NCBI GenBank assembly: GCA_964623375.1
Contig: CAZUTS010000007.1
Span: 2,799 to 66,798 of the forward strand
Length of the DNA: 64,000 bases
Source: an uncultured Anaerolineaceae bacterium
Lineage (GTDB): Bacteria; Chloroflexota; Anaerolineae; Anaerolineales; UBA11579
Reading direction: 5' to 3'
Shown here: piece after piece, positions 36,901-46,328 of the stretch
Numbering within the stretch: position 1 is the stretch's first letter
Layout: every line of letters begins with the position of its first letter
Made by a program: the position numbers and the translations under genes
Notes under the pieces: model-generated
Seen by the model: the letters and a program-made list of their open reading frames with translations, nothing else
Database searches by the model: none
Told to the model about the DNA's origin: nothing

Positions 36901-38712
36901 GTGAAGCGCCTTCTCCTCGCGCTCACCCTGTTGTTGGCGGCGCTACCCTTTGGCGTTGCGGCGCAAACGGGTGCGCGCATCACCTTACGTTCTATCCAGA
37001 CTGATGACTTCCCGTCCATCACGGGCTACTTTGACGCGCAAGACGTCACCGGGGCGCGCATTACTGACTTACGTGCCGAGCAGTTGCAGATGCAGGAAGA
37101 CGGCATCCCGCAGCCCATTCAGCAGCTGCGCAGCGTACAGATCGGGTTGCGCGTCATCCTTGTCGTCACGCCTGCGGAGCCCTTCGGGATCCGAGACGGT
37201 GAAGGCACACAGCGTTATGACTATGCCAAAGAGGGCATTGGTGACTGGGCCACGACCCTCTCCACCACCAGCGATACGCTGGTGACGCTGATCACCCCCG
37301 AGGGTACGCAGGCCACCAATGCCGTGGTGAGTGAGTGGCAAGCAGCTTTGGACGCTTATACCCTGCCCACAGGCGTGCTGTTTCCTGACTTGCAGGCGAT
37401 GAGCAATGCCCTCGCCATTGCTGCTCAACCCGCCCCAGACGGCGCTAACACCGCCATCTGGTGGGTCACCAGCACGCCGCGCTTCACTGACATCGAGACG
37501 GTGGCTGCCGATTGGCAAGCCCAGTTGGAAACGCTGGGCGTCCCCCTGGTCATCTGGCAATTGGATTCGCCGTCGCTATTTGAAAATGAGGCCTCACAAC
37601 TACTTAGCACCGTCAGCGAAGCCAGCGGTGGCCAGCGGGTGACCTTTGCGAGCCCGGATTCGCTAACCAGCCCGGAAGCGTATTTTTCCCCGCTGCGCAG
37701 CGCTTATTTCTTTCAATACTACTCACAGCTGCGCCGCAGCGGTGACCATGAGCTGGTCTTGCAATCTCCCGGGGATGGGCTGACCTCTGAGCCCTACATC
37801 GTCGCTCTGGACATTGCACCTCCTAACCCCATCCTGGTGAGCCCGCCCACGCAGATTGCGCGTGGGCCGGCGGCGATTGACCCGCAACTGCTCTCTCCGT
37901 TCAGCCAGCCGATTGAGCTGCTGGTGGAGTTTCCCGATGGGTTTGAGCGCAATCTGGTGCGCAGCACGCTGTATGTGAATGATCAGTTGGTGGCCGAGAA
38001 CACCACCGCGCCCTTCAACCACTTCGCCTGGGATCTCAAGCCCTATACCCAGAGCCAGCAGGTCTTCCTGCGTGCTGAGGTGCAAGATGAGCTCAGCTTG
38101 GTGGGCGAGAGCATCGACTTTCCCATTGAGATCAGCGTGCAGGCGCCAGCCACCTGGTTCCAGGCGTTGCTCACGCGTGCGGGCGGCATCCTGGCCTTCT
38201 CGGTGGTGCTGATCGCGGCGGGCGCCTTCTTCCTGGTGATGGTGCTTTCTGGCCGCCTGGCGCCGGGCCGCTTGAACCGCCTCTTTGCGCGTGACCGTGC
38301 CCGGCCGGTGCGCCCGGCGGTTGACCCGCTGCGTGATGTGCCGCTGGGTATGGATGAAACCCCGCGCCTGCATGACGAGGCGCCCGATGCCGAAAGCGTT
38401 GCGCCGGCCTACCTGCAGCGCCTGGCCATGCAAGATCCCACCCAGCCAGCCCAGGTGCTGCCATTGCAGGCGGATGAGACCATCATCGGCGCTGCCCCTA
38501 CGTGCACTTTGGTGCTTTCAGAGCCATCGGTAGAGAAGCAGCATGCGCGTATTGCGCCGGATGAGAGCGGTGACTTTGTCCTGGCCGATCTGGGTTCCCA
38601 CGCCGGCAGCTGGATCAACTACGCCCCTGTATCCCCTGAAGGCACACGCCTACAAGATGGCGACATTGTGCACATTGGCCGGGTGGCCTTCCGCTTCCTG
38701 CTGACCAAATAG
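36901..38712 (+). CDS. Membrane protein: extracytoplasmic VWA-like region, one TM, cytoplasmic FHA domain
   Basis: GTG 36901 gives a signal-like N-terminus, VKRLLLALTLLLAALPFGVAAQ (track start is TTG 36868). TM helix ILAFSVVLIAAGAFFLVMVLSG. C-terminal FHA: TIIGAAPTCTLVL...HARI...LADLGSHAGSWIN...DGDIVHIGRVAFRF. Confidence 0.75.
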   Translation: MKRLLLALTLLLAALPFGVAAQTGARITLRSIQTDDFPSITGYFDAQDVTGARITDLRAEQLQMQEDGIPQPIQQLRSVQIGLRVILVVTPAEPFGIRDGEGTQRYDYAKEGIGDWATTLSTTSDTLVTLITPEGTQATNAVVSEWQAALDAYTLPTGVLFPDLQAMSNALAIAAQPAPDGANTAIWWVTSTPRFTDIETVAADWQAQLETLGVPLVIWQLDSPSLFENEASQLLSTVSEASGGQRVTFASPDSLTSPEAYFSPLRSAYFFQYYSQLRRSGDHELVLQSPGDGLTSEPYIVALDIAPPNPILVSPPTQIARGPAAIDPQLLSPFSQPIELLVEFPDGFERNLVRSTLYVNDQLVAENTTAPFNHFAWDLKPYTQSQQVFLRAEVQDELSLVGESIDFPIEISVQAPATWFQALLTRAGGILAFSVVLIAAGAFFLVMVLSGRLAPGRLNRLFARDRARPVRPAVDPLRDVPLGMDETPRLHDEAPDAESVAPAYLQRLAMQDPTQPAQVLPLQADETIIGAAPTCTLVLSEPSVEKQHARIAPDESGDFVLADLGSHAGSWINYAPVSPEGTRLQDGDIVHIGRVAFRFLLTK

Positions 38713-38765
38713 CTGGCTGCCAGTTTGCTCTTTCACTTTGGCTGTGTTCTCACTATCATTGGGGC

Positions 38766-40070
38766 ATGCCAACGCGGTTGATCGAACACTTGCCTGCAGA
38801 AGCCCCACTGCATTTGCCATTGCAACGCGCCCTGGCCGGGTTGCCACCTGCCAGCCGCCAGTTGCTGCGCGCCGTGGCACAACAGGCCGAAGAGCAAGGG
38901 CTGCCGCTGTACATTGTGGGCGGCTTTGTGCGTGATGCTTTGCTGGGTTTGCGCAGCCTCGATCTGGACCTTGTGGTTGAAGGTGATGCGATTGCCTTCG
39001 GGCGCAAGCTGGCGCGCCACTTGGGTGGCAGCCTACAGGCCCATAAAGCCTTCGGCACCGCGGTGTGGACACTGGAGTCTGCCAGCGGCTTGCCACCCTT
39101 TATAGATCTGATTTCTGCGCGCCGCGAGCACTACACCCATTCTGGTGCACTGCCCACAGTGGAACTCTCCACCCTGCGCGATGACCAATACCGCAGAGAT
39201 TTCACCATCAACACATTAGCCCTACGGCTGGATGGCTCGCAAGCGGGTGAGCTGCATGACCCCTTCGGCGGTCTGGCGGACCTGCGGCGTGGGCTGGTGC
39301 GCGTGCTGCATGATGGCTCATTTTCGGATGACCCCACACGCATGTTCCGCGCTTCGCGCTTTGCTGGGCGGCTGGGCTTTCGGCTGGAGGGTAGCACCTC
39401 AGCACAGTTGCGCGCCAACCTGGATGCAATCCATCATGTATCCGGCGAACGTCTTTTCAACGAACTGAATCTCATCCTGCACGAGCCGCAGCGCTCCACC
39501 ATCCTCTCGCGCTTGCAAGCGCGTGGTGTGCTGCGCGCTGTTGAGCCCGGCCTAGGCTTTACCGCTGGTATGGCTGCTGAGCTGGACGCGGCGCGGCTGC
39601 CCGCCGAAGGCTGGGGGCTGCACATAGATGCAGCCGAGCTAGGTTGGGCCGTATGGCTTGGGCAGTTGCCTGTAGAGACTGTGCGCCAGGTCAGCCAGCG
39701 TTTGCGCTTCCCGCGCGAACTGGCTACCGCCGTGGCGGGTACTGCCAGCTTGCGTACGCAGGTGCGCGGCTGGCTGGGGCTGCCGGCGAGCGCACTCACG
39801 CGCCGCTTGGATCGCCTGCCCTTGCTATCCATCTATGCGGCCTCTCTACTGCAGCACAGTGCTCAGGCGGCCAGATTGTTGGCTACCTATGCTCGCCGCT
39901 GGCGCAATTTGCACGCGTACACGGATGGCGATGTGCTGAAAGTACGCGGTGTTGAGCCCGGGCCAGCCTACGGCCGCATACTGGGTGCATTACGGGATGC
40001 CTGGCTGGATGGCCAGGTAACCACTGTGAAACAGGAACAAGCCCTGCTGGAGCGCCTGCTGCGTGAATAG
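38766..40070 (+). CDS. cca: CCA-adding enzyme / poly(A) polymerase-family tRNA nucleotidyltransferase
   Basis: 434 aa. Head domain LYIVGGFVRDALLG...DLDLVV and RDFTINTLA. Confidence 0.8.
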   Translation: MPTRLIEHLPAEAPLHLPLQRALAGLPPASRQLLRAVAQQAEEQGLPLYIVGGFVRDALLGLRSLDLDLVVEGDAIAFGRKLARHLGGSLQAHKAFGTAVWTLESASGLPPFIDLISARREHYTHSGALPTVELSTLRDDQYRRDFTINTLALRLDGSQAGELHDPFGGLADLRRGLVRVLHDGSFSDDPTRMFRASRFAGRLGFRLEGSTSAQLRANLDAIHHVSGERLFNELNLILHEPQRSTILSRLQARGVLRAVEPGLGFTAGMAAELDAARLPAEGWGLHIDAAELGWAVWLGQLPVETVRQVSQRLRFPRELATAVAGTASLRTQVRGWLGLPASALTRRLDRLPLLSIYAASLLQHSAQAARLLATYARRWRNLHAYTDGDVLKVRGVEPGPAYGRILGALRDAWLDGQVTTVKQEQALLERLLRE

Positions 40071-40587
40071 CCCCCTGCCGCCTGGCTACCGAGTGCGCCC
40101 ACTTGCGCCGCCGGATGCCGAGGCGCTGGAGTGGGAGGGCGAATACACGCACTTTCGCCGCTTGTATAGCCTGGCCTTTGAGCGTGTTGCCGCAGGCCGC
40201 TCAGTGCTGTGGGGTGTAGAAGGCCCCGCGGGCCAGTTGGTGGGGCAAGTGTTTGTGCTGCTGCAAGCTGAGCACGACCCTATGACGGCCGATGGGTCTA
40301 CGCGTGCTTTCATCCATTCTTTTCGTATCCGCCCAGAACACCGCAATCAGGGGTTGGGGAGCGGGCTTTTGAGCCACGCTGAACAAGATTTGATCGCCCG
40401 CGGCTTCAACTGGGTCACCCTCAACGTAGCCGAAGACAATCCGGATGCCCTGCGCCTCTACGAGCGTATGGGGTATGCAGCCATCGAGCGCATCTCCGGC
40501 TACTGGAGCTTTACTGACCACGAGGGCAATCAGCGCCATTTGCATGAGCCAGGCTGGCGCATGGCAAAACGCCTCGTGGCTATTTAG
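40063..40587 (+). CDS. GNAT family N-acetyltransferase
   Basis: 174 aa. GTG overlaps the cca end. Motif A: IRPEHRNQGLGSGLL. Confidence 0.8.
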   Translation: MNSPLPPGYRVRPLAPPDAEALEWEGEYTHFRRLYSLAFERVAAGRSVLWGVEGPAGQLVGQVFVLLQAEHDPMTADGSTRAFIHSFRIRPEHRNQGLGSGLLSHAEQDLIARGFNWVTLNVAEDNPDALRLYERMGYAAIERISGYWSFTDHEGNQRHLHEPGWRMAKRLVAI

Positions 40588-40607
40588 GCTTTTCTTATCC
40601 TTCCTGC

Positions 40608-40636
40608 TTGCTATTTCGATTTCAGAATGCTAGAAT
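40608..40636 (+). promoter_or_regulatory. Candidate sigma-70 promoter of the nusA operon
   Basis: TTGCTA (40608-40613), 17-nt spacer, TAGAAT (40631-40636) with an upstream TGc (extended -10). Confidence 0.45.
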
Positions 40637-40671
40637 ATTCAAGCTTCGGAACTGCATAGTAGTGGCTACGG

Positions 40672-40694
40672 AAGTGGGCAACCCCCACTTTTTT
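40672..40694 (+). terminator. Intrinsic terminator hairpin in the nusA leader / downstream of the GNAT gene
   Basis: AAGTGGG-caacc-CCCACTT running into T6. 35 nt before the nusA ATG. Confidence 0.6.
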
Positions 40695-40728
40695 GCTTAT
40701 TTAGTACAGGTCCTTATCAGGAGTAGGG

Positions 40729-42603
40729 ATGAAAAAAGAATTCTCTTTAGCGTTTAATGAGGTGCTGGATGACAAGCAGCTGCCGCGCGATGTGATTGTT
40801 GGCGCGCTGGAAGCTGCCTTGGTGTCTGCCTACCGCAAGACGGTGAATGCTTCAACCGCACAGCAAATTGAAGCGCGCATCAACGAATCCACTGGCGAGA
40901 TGCAGATCTATGCCGAAAAAGAAGTGGTGGAAGAGGTGCAAGACCAGCGCACGGAAGTGACGCTGGAGGATGCCCGCAAGGAAAACCCTGAGGCGCAGCT
41001 CGATGACCTGGTGATGGTCGAGAGCACGCCCGAAGACTTTGGCCGTGTAGCCGCCCAGGCTGCCCGCCAGATGATCCAGCAGCGCATCCGTGAAGCGGAG
41101 CGTTCTGCGCAGAAGGATCACTTCTCCACCCTCGAGGGCGAGATCGTCAACGGTGTGGTGCAAGCGGCCAACCCGCACATGATCACCATTGGTCTCGACC
41201 GCAAGGCCGAGGGCAAGATGCCGCGCAGCCAGCAGATCCCCGGTGAGCGTTTTCGCGTGCATGACCGTGTGCGCGCCTTGCTGCTGGAAGTCAAAGACAC
41301 GACCCGCGGGCCGGAGATCATTCTCACCCGCGCTCACAAAGATTTCCTGCGCCGCCTGCTTGAAGACGAAGTGCCTGAGATCTACCAGGGCCTGGTGGAG
41401 ATCCGCTCCATCGCGCGTGAGCCGGGCTACCGCTCCAAAGTGGCCGTCTCGGCGCTGCAAGCCGGCATTGACCCGGTGGGCGCCTGCGTAGGCATGCGTG
41501 GTGTGCGCATTCAGGCCATTGTGCGCGAGTTGCACGATGAAAAGATTGACGTAATCGAATGGAACTCTGACCCCTCGCAGTTCATTGCCAAGGCGCTCAG
41601 CCCTGCGCGCGTGACTGGCGTATATCTTGAAGAAGAAACCGGTGGCGGCAAGACCGCTACCGTGGTTGTGCCCGAAGACCAGCTCAGCCTGGCGATTGGC
41701 CGTGACGGGCAGAATGCCCGTCTGGCCGCCAAGCTGACTGCCTGGCGTATTGACATCAAGAGCCTGCCCGAAGCTGCGGCAGATGCCCTGGGCAAAGCCC
41801 AGGCAGATGCTGTCTTCCTGGAGCAGAACCCCGAATGGGCAGAGCAGCTTCCCTTGGTGGAAGTGGCCCTGGCCAAGAAGGCCGAAGGCCGCCCGCTCAC
41901 GCCTGAGGAATACACGCTCCTCGGCCGCTTCGTGGATCGCATTGAGCGCGGTGCGCAGAGCGAGCGTGAGGCCATTCTGGATGCCGAGCGCCAGAAGCGC
42001 GCCGAAGTGGAAGCTACGCTGCCGCAGAGCGCCTTTGACATCCCGCTGGATGATCTGGGTCTCAACCCCAGCCTGGCCATTAAGCTTAGTGGAGAGGGCT
42101 ACTCCACCATTGGTGAATTGATGACCCAGCTCAAGCTGGATAGTGATGTGCTGCTGGCGCTGGAAGGCGTTGGCCCTGAAACCCTCAAGACCATTCAGGG
42201 TGCGGTGGATGCCTTTGACTTCCCTGTAGTTGAAGCCGCGCCTGTCGTTGAGGCTGAGCCGGTGATTGCCGAGCCTGAGCCCCAGCCTGTAGTAGAGACG
42301 CCGCAAGCTGTTGCCCCCGCCCCTGTAGAGGCCGTGGAGGATGACGCACCGGTGCAGCTCTCGCAGGAAGATGAAGACCTGCTGGCTGCCATGCAGGCCG
42401 AACGCCCCGCCCCTGGCCAGTCTTTGGAAGAGATCTTTGCCAAGACCTCTGCCAAGCTCACCCCGGGCAAAGGCAAGCCTGCCAGCGGCCCTGCAGCCGA
42501 CGACAAGAAGAAGAAAAAGAAAAAGAAATTCCGCGAGTTGGACTACGATCCGGATACGGATACCACCATTCCGCACATGCGGGATGAGTGGGAGCAAGAC
42601 TAA
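40729..42603 (+). CDS. nusA: Transcription termination/antitermination factor NusA with long C-terminal extension
   Basis: 624 aa. N-terminal domain, S1 ([17 protein letters not shown]), KH1/KH2 ([13 protein letters not shown]; [14 protein letters not shown]), one HhH-like repeat, then a Pro/Glu/Ala-rich tail with a K8 run. Confidence 0.95.
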   Translation: MKKEFSLAFNEVLDDKQLPRDVIVGALEAALVSAYRKTVNASTAQQIEARINESTGEMQIYAEKEVVEEVQDQRTEVTLEDARKENPEAQLDDLVMVESTPEDFGRVAAQAARQMIQQRIREAERSAQKDHFSTLEGEIVNGVVQAANPHMITIGLDRKAEGKMPRSQQIPGERFRVHDRVRALLLEVKDTTRGPEIILTRAHKDFLRRLLEDEVPEIYQGLVEIRSIAREPGYRSKVAVSALQAGIDPVGACVGMRGVRIQAIVRELHDEKIDVIEWNSDPSQFIAKALSPARVTGVYLEEETGGGKTATVVVPEDQLSLAIGRDGQNARLAAKLTAWRIDIKSLPEAAADALGKAQADAVFLEQNPEWAEQLPLVEVALAKKAEGRPLTPEEYTLLGRFVDRIERGAQSEREAILDAERQKRAEVEATLPQSAFDIPLDDLGLNPSLAIKLSGEGYSTIGELMTQLKLDSDVLLALEGVGPETLKTIQGAVDAFDFPVVEAAPVVEAEPVIAEPEPQPVVETPQAVAPAPVEAVEDDAPVQLSQEDEDLLAAMQAERPAPGQSLEEIFAKTSAKLTPGKGKPASGPAADDKKKKKKKKFRELDYDPDTDTTIPHMRDEWEQD

Positions 42604-42621
42604 ACTCGCTTAAAGGACTTT

Positions 42622-42921
42622 ATGGCGAAGCCCACGAAGCCATCTTCTGGGCGTCCCCGGCATGTGCCCCAGCGCACCTGCGTAGCCTGCCGTGAAACTG
42701 AGGCCAAGGCTGCGCTGGTGCGCCTGGTGCGCACGGCAGACGGCGTCTTTGCAGACCCCACCGGCAAACAGCCGGGGCGCGGGGCCTACCTGCATGCCCA
42801 GCGCAGCTGCTGGGAGCGCGGCATCCGCCACAGCCTGGCCAGCGCGCTGCGCACCAGTCTTAGCGAGGCGGATGTGCAGCGCCTCACTGCATTTTTTGAC
42901 ACGTTGCCGCAGAGTGAGTAG
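42622..42921 (+). CDS. ylxR: YlxR/RnpM family (DUF448) RNA-binding protein
   Basis: 99 aa. PQRTCVACRE motif and GRGAYLH. Canonical position between nusA and infB. Confidence 0.85.
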   Translation: MAKPTKPSSGRPRHVPQRTCVACRETEAKAALVRLVRTADGVFADPTGKQPGRGAYLHAQRSCWERGIRHSLASALRTSLSEADVQRLTAFFDTLPQSE

Positions 42922-43017
42922 TTGCCGTGTGCCGTGATGGCGCGCGCAGCTAAAAAAGCAAGTTGGTAGAATGTGCTGCGGGGGAAGCAGTTCTTATGGA
43001 TAGAAGGAGAAATTGTC

Positions 43018-44832
43018 ATGGCAGAAAACGTGAAAGATACCCAGACGAAGTCCATCGAGCTCCCCGCTAATCTCACAGTGCGTGAGTTGGCTGATGCTAT
43101 CAATGCCAGCCCGATCCAGATCATCAAGACCCTCATGTCCAATGGCGTGATGGCGAACATCAATCAGCAGATTGACTTTGACACCGCCGCCGTCGTAGCC
43201 TCTGAGATGGGCTATGAGGCCAGCCTGCTCAAAGTAGACGAGCTGGAGAACAAGCCTGTGGGCGAAGTGCCGCTGTGGCGCCAACTGATCGCTAATGAAG
43301 ATAAGGCCAGCTTGCAGCCGCGCGCTCCGGTGGTGACCATCCTAGGTCACGTAGACCACGGCAAGACCACGCTGCTGGATGCTATTCGCCAGACCTCAGT
43401 CGTGAGTGAAGAAGCTGGTGGCATCACCCAGCATATTGGCGCCTATCAGGCTAACCATAAGGATCGCCTAATCACCTTCCTCGACACTCCCGGCCATGCT
43501 GCCTTTACCGCCATGCGTTCGCGCGGCGCTCAAGGCGCCGACGTGGTGATCCTGGTGGTGGCGGCGGATGACGGTGTGATGCCGCAGACCAAGGAAGCAC
43601 TGGCGCATGCCCGTGCGGCGCGTGTGCCCATTGTGGTGGCGCTCACCAAGGTAGACCGCCCCAATGCCAATCAAGATCTGGTGAAGAAGCAACTGGCTGA
43701 CAATGGCCTGATTCCCGATGAGTGGGAGGGCGACACGATCGTGGTGCCCGTTTCGGCCAAGCAGAAGATCGGCTTGGAAGACTTGCTCGAGGCTATTCTG
43801 CTGGTGGCCGATAACACTGAAATTTTGGCCAATCCCAATGGCGAAGTCATTGGCACGGTCATTGAAGGCGAGCGTGACCCCGCGCGCGGCGTGATTGCCA
43901 CGCTGCTGGTGCAGAACGGTACGCTCAACATGGGCGACACCGTAGTGGTGGGCACCACCTACGGCCGCCTGCGCGCCATGTTCGATTTTGCTGGCAAGAA
44001 GATCGAGAGCGCTGGCCCTTCCACCCCTGTATCGGTGATGGGTTTGAACGATGTGCCCGTGGCCGGCGAACCCTTCCGCGTGGTGGAGAACGAGCGCGAG
44101 GCGCGCGTCCTGGTGGCCGAGCGCGTAGAAAAGGAAAAGGCGGAGAAGTCGAGCTCTGGCGGCCCGCTGACCCTGGAGAGCATGTTCGAGGCCTTCCAGG
44201 CTGGGCATGTGCGTGAGCTGCGCCTCATCGTTAAGGCCGATGTGCAGGGTTCGCTGGAGCCTATCGTCTCCTCGTTGGAAGAGATGAAATCCACCGATAA
44301 AGAAGGTGAGATCGGCGTGCACGTGCTGCACACCGGCACCGGCAACATCAGCGAAAGTGACATTCAGCTCGCTGCGGCGTCCAAAGCGATCGTCATGGGT
44401 TTCAACGTGATCGCCGATGGCCCGGCTCAGCGCAAGGCTGAAAAGGAAGGCGTATCCGTACGCCTGTATGACATCATCTACCGCATGACCGAAGACGTTG
44501 AGAAGGCACTCAAAGGCATGCTCAAGCCTGAGCTCAAAGAACGCGTCATTGGCAAGGCTGAGGTGCTGCAGGTCTTCAAGATCAGCCGCTACGGCAAGAT
44601 CGCCGGTTGCCGCGTCACGGAGGGTGAACTGCGCCGTGGCGCCTTCATCCGTATCTACCGGGATGGCAAGCTGGTGCACGAAGGCGATCTGAGCTCGCTC
44701 AAGCACGAGAAAGATGATGTCAAAGAAGTCAAAACGGGCTTCGAGTGCGGTATCAATCTCAAAGATTTCGATGATTTCAAGGAAAAAGATGTCATCGAGT
44801 GCTACGTTCGTGAACTGGTGGCGGCTCAGTAA
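43018..44832 (+). CDS. infB: Translation initiation factor IF-2 (short form)
   Basis: ATG 43018, 7 nt after AGGAGA. G-domain motifs GHVDHGKTTLLD, DTPGH, LTKVD. Conserved C-terminal domains. Confidence 0.95.
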   Translation: MAENVKDTQTKSIELPANLTVRELADAINASPIQIIKTLMSNGVMANINQQIDFDTAAVVASEMGYEASLLKVDELENKPVGEVPLWRQLIANEDKASLQPRAPVVTILGHVDHGKTTLLDAIRQTSVVSEEAGGITQHIGAYQANHKDRLITFLDTPGHAAFTAMRSRGAQGADVVILVVAADDGVMPQTKEALAHARAARVPIVVALTKVDRPNANQDLVKKQLADNGLIPDEWEGDTIVVPVSAKQKIGLEDLLEAILLVADNTEILANPNGEVIGTVIEGERDPARGVIATLLVQNGTLNMGDTVVVGTTYGRLRAMFDFAGKKIESAGPSTPVSVMGLNDVPVAGEPFRVVENEREARVLVAERVEKEKAEKSSSGGPLTLESMFEAFQAGHVRELRLIVKADVQGSLEPIVSSLEEMKSTDKEGEIGVHVLHTGTGNISESDIQLAAASKAIVMGFNVIADGPAQRKAEKEGVSVRLYDIIYRMTEDVEKALKGMLKPELKERVIGKAEVLQVFKISRYGKIAGCRVTEGELRRGAFIRIYRDGKLVHEGDLSSLKHEKDDVKEVKTGFECGINLKDFDDFKEKDVIECYVRELVAAQ

Positions 44833-44866
44833 GCTGAGTACCACCACTCAGCACAGGTAGGCGGGA

Positions 44867-45259
44867 ATGGTTTCTCTTTCACGCGCCGGGCGAATCGGCA
44901 AACGCATGCGCGAGCTACTCTCTGAGATGCTCTTGTTCCGCGTAACGGACCCGCGCCTCTCAGGCATCTTCGTCACCGATGTTAACGTGGACCGTGAGCT
45001 TTCCGTGGCCAGCATCTTCGTCTCGGCCCTGGAAGGTGTAGAGCGCGAGCGTGAAGTGCTGGCTGGCCTCAAGCACGCCAGCGGCTTCCTGCGCAGCGAA
45101 TTGGCCCGCGAAATGGATCTGCGAACCTTCCCGCGTCTGCGCTTCGTGTGGGACCCAACCCCGGAGCGTGCCGAACGCATCGAGCAGATCATCGCTGAAA
45201 TTAATAAGCCTAAGACGGATGCCCAGCCGGATAAGCCGGACGAAGCCGCCAGTGAATAA
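44867..45259 (+). CDS. rbfA: Ribosome-binding factor A
   Basis: 130 aa. RIGKRMRELLSEML...VTDVNVDRELSVASIF KH-like RbfA pattern. Confidence 0.9.
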   Translation: MVSLSRAGRIGKRMRELLSEMLLFRVTDPRLSGIFVTDVNVDRELSVASIFVSALEGVEREREVLAGLKHASGFLRSELAREMDLRTFPRLRFVWDPTPERAERIEQIIAEINKPKTDAQPDKPDEAASE

Positions 45260-46205
45260 GCAACTCATCGAGCAAGCCGCAGGGCGCCTGCGTGCTGCCC
45301 AACGCGTACTGGTCACCTCGCATGTGCGCCCGGATGGCGATGCCATCTCGTCTGTGCTGGCACTGGGGTTAGCCCTGCAAGCGCAGGGCAAGCAGGTGCA
45401 GATGGTATTGGCAGATGGCGCGCCATCTGATTTCTTGCATCTGCGTGGCGCTGCTGATATTGTGCGCGCCGGCCAGGCGCCGGTGGATTTGGTGGTCACG
45501 GTAGACGCGGCCACTCAGGAACGCTGCGGCGAATCGCTGCGCCACTTTCCCCAGGTGCATATCAATATTGACCATCACATCAGCAATACCAACTTTGGTG
45601 AGCTGAATTTGGTAGACCCGGCTGCTGTGGCTACTTGTGCCTTATTGGCTGAGCAATTCCCCGCCTTGGGTTTGGACTTCTCGCCGGCAGTGATTGACGC
45701 GTTGCTGACGGGCATCCTCACCGATACGCTGGGCTTCCGTACCTCCAACATGAATCCCAAGGCAATGCGTCTGGCAGCTGACTTGGTAGAGATGGGAGCA
45801 GACCTGCCCGCACTCTACGAGCGAGCCTTGCTGCGCCGCTCGTTCCACGCTATGCGTTATTGGGGCGCTGGCCTCACTAGCTTGCAGCAGGAGCCGGGCC
45901 TGGTGTGGGGCAGTCTCTCGCTGGCTGACCGCCGTGCCGTGGGGTACCCCGGCAACGACGATGCCGAATTGGTCAATAACATTTCGGTGATCGAAGGGGC
46001 TAGTATCACCGTGCTCTTCGTTGAGCAGGCAGACAACCACGTGAAAGTGAGTTGGCGCAGCCAGGGCGGCAAAGATGTCTCGCGCATCGCCGCGCAGTTT
46101 GGCGGGGGCGGGCACACCGCCGCGGCCGGCGCGGTAGTCAACGGTACTCTGGCCGAAGCGCAGGCGCTGGTCCTGGCGGCTACCCGGGCTGCGTTGGTGG
46201 CATAA
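45252..46205 (+). CDS. nrnA: DHH/DHHA1 phosphoesterase (NrnA-like oligoribonuclease / pAp phosphatase)
   Basis: GTG 45252 overlaps the rbfA end. Motifs SHVRPDGDAISS, NIDHHISN, GGGHTAAAG. The track start at 45051 overlaps rbfA. Confidence 0.8.
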   Translation: MNKQLIEQAAGRLRAAQRVLVTSHVRPDGDAISSVLALGLALQAQGKQVQMVLADGAPSDFLHLRGAADIVRAGQAPVDLVVTVDAATQERCGESLRHFPQVHINIDHHISNTNFGELNLVDPAAVATCALLAEQFPALGLDFSPAVIDALLTGILTDTLGFRTSNMNPKAMRLAADLVEMGADLPALYERALLRRSFHAMRYWGAGLTSLQQEPGLVWGSLSLADRRAVGYPGNDDAELVNNISVIEGASITVLFVEQADNHVKVSWRSQGGKDVSRIAAQFGGGGHTAAAGAVVNGTLAEAQALVLAATRAALVA

Positions 46206-46328
46206 GAATTAAAATCTGGGTCGAAAGACCTGTGGTTAATTTACGTCTAAGGCGTTAGAAAGAACACTGAAAGGAAAATATCGTTTTCAATGCACAGCTA
46301 TCACTCAGACTCTGGGGATAGGGGAACC

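Noticed and set aside
40588-40728. Looked for rimP, which normally precedes nusA
   Set aside because: Only 141 nt of non-coding sequence lie here, with no ORF of suitable size. rimP must be elsewhere or absent.
40852-44847. 581-aa and 459-aa ORFs antisense to nusA and infB
   Set aside because: They lie opposite highly conserved genes and have shadow-frame composition. Other long antisense ORFs were rejected for the same reason: 7549..8526, 13722..14687, 24698..25783, 29333..30718 and 60902..61891.
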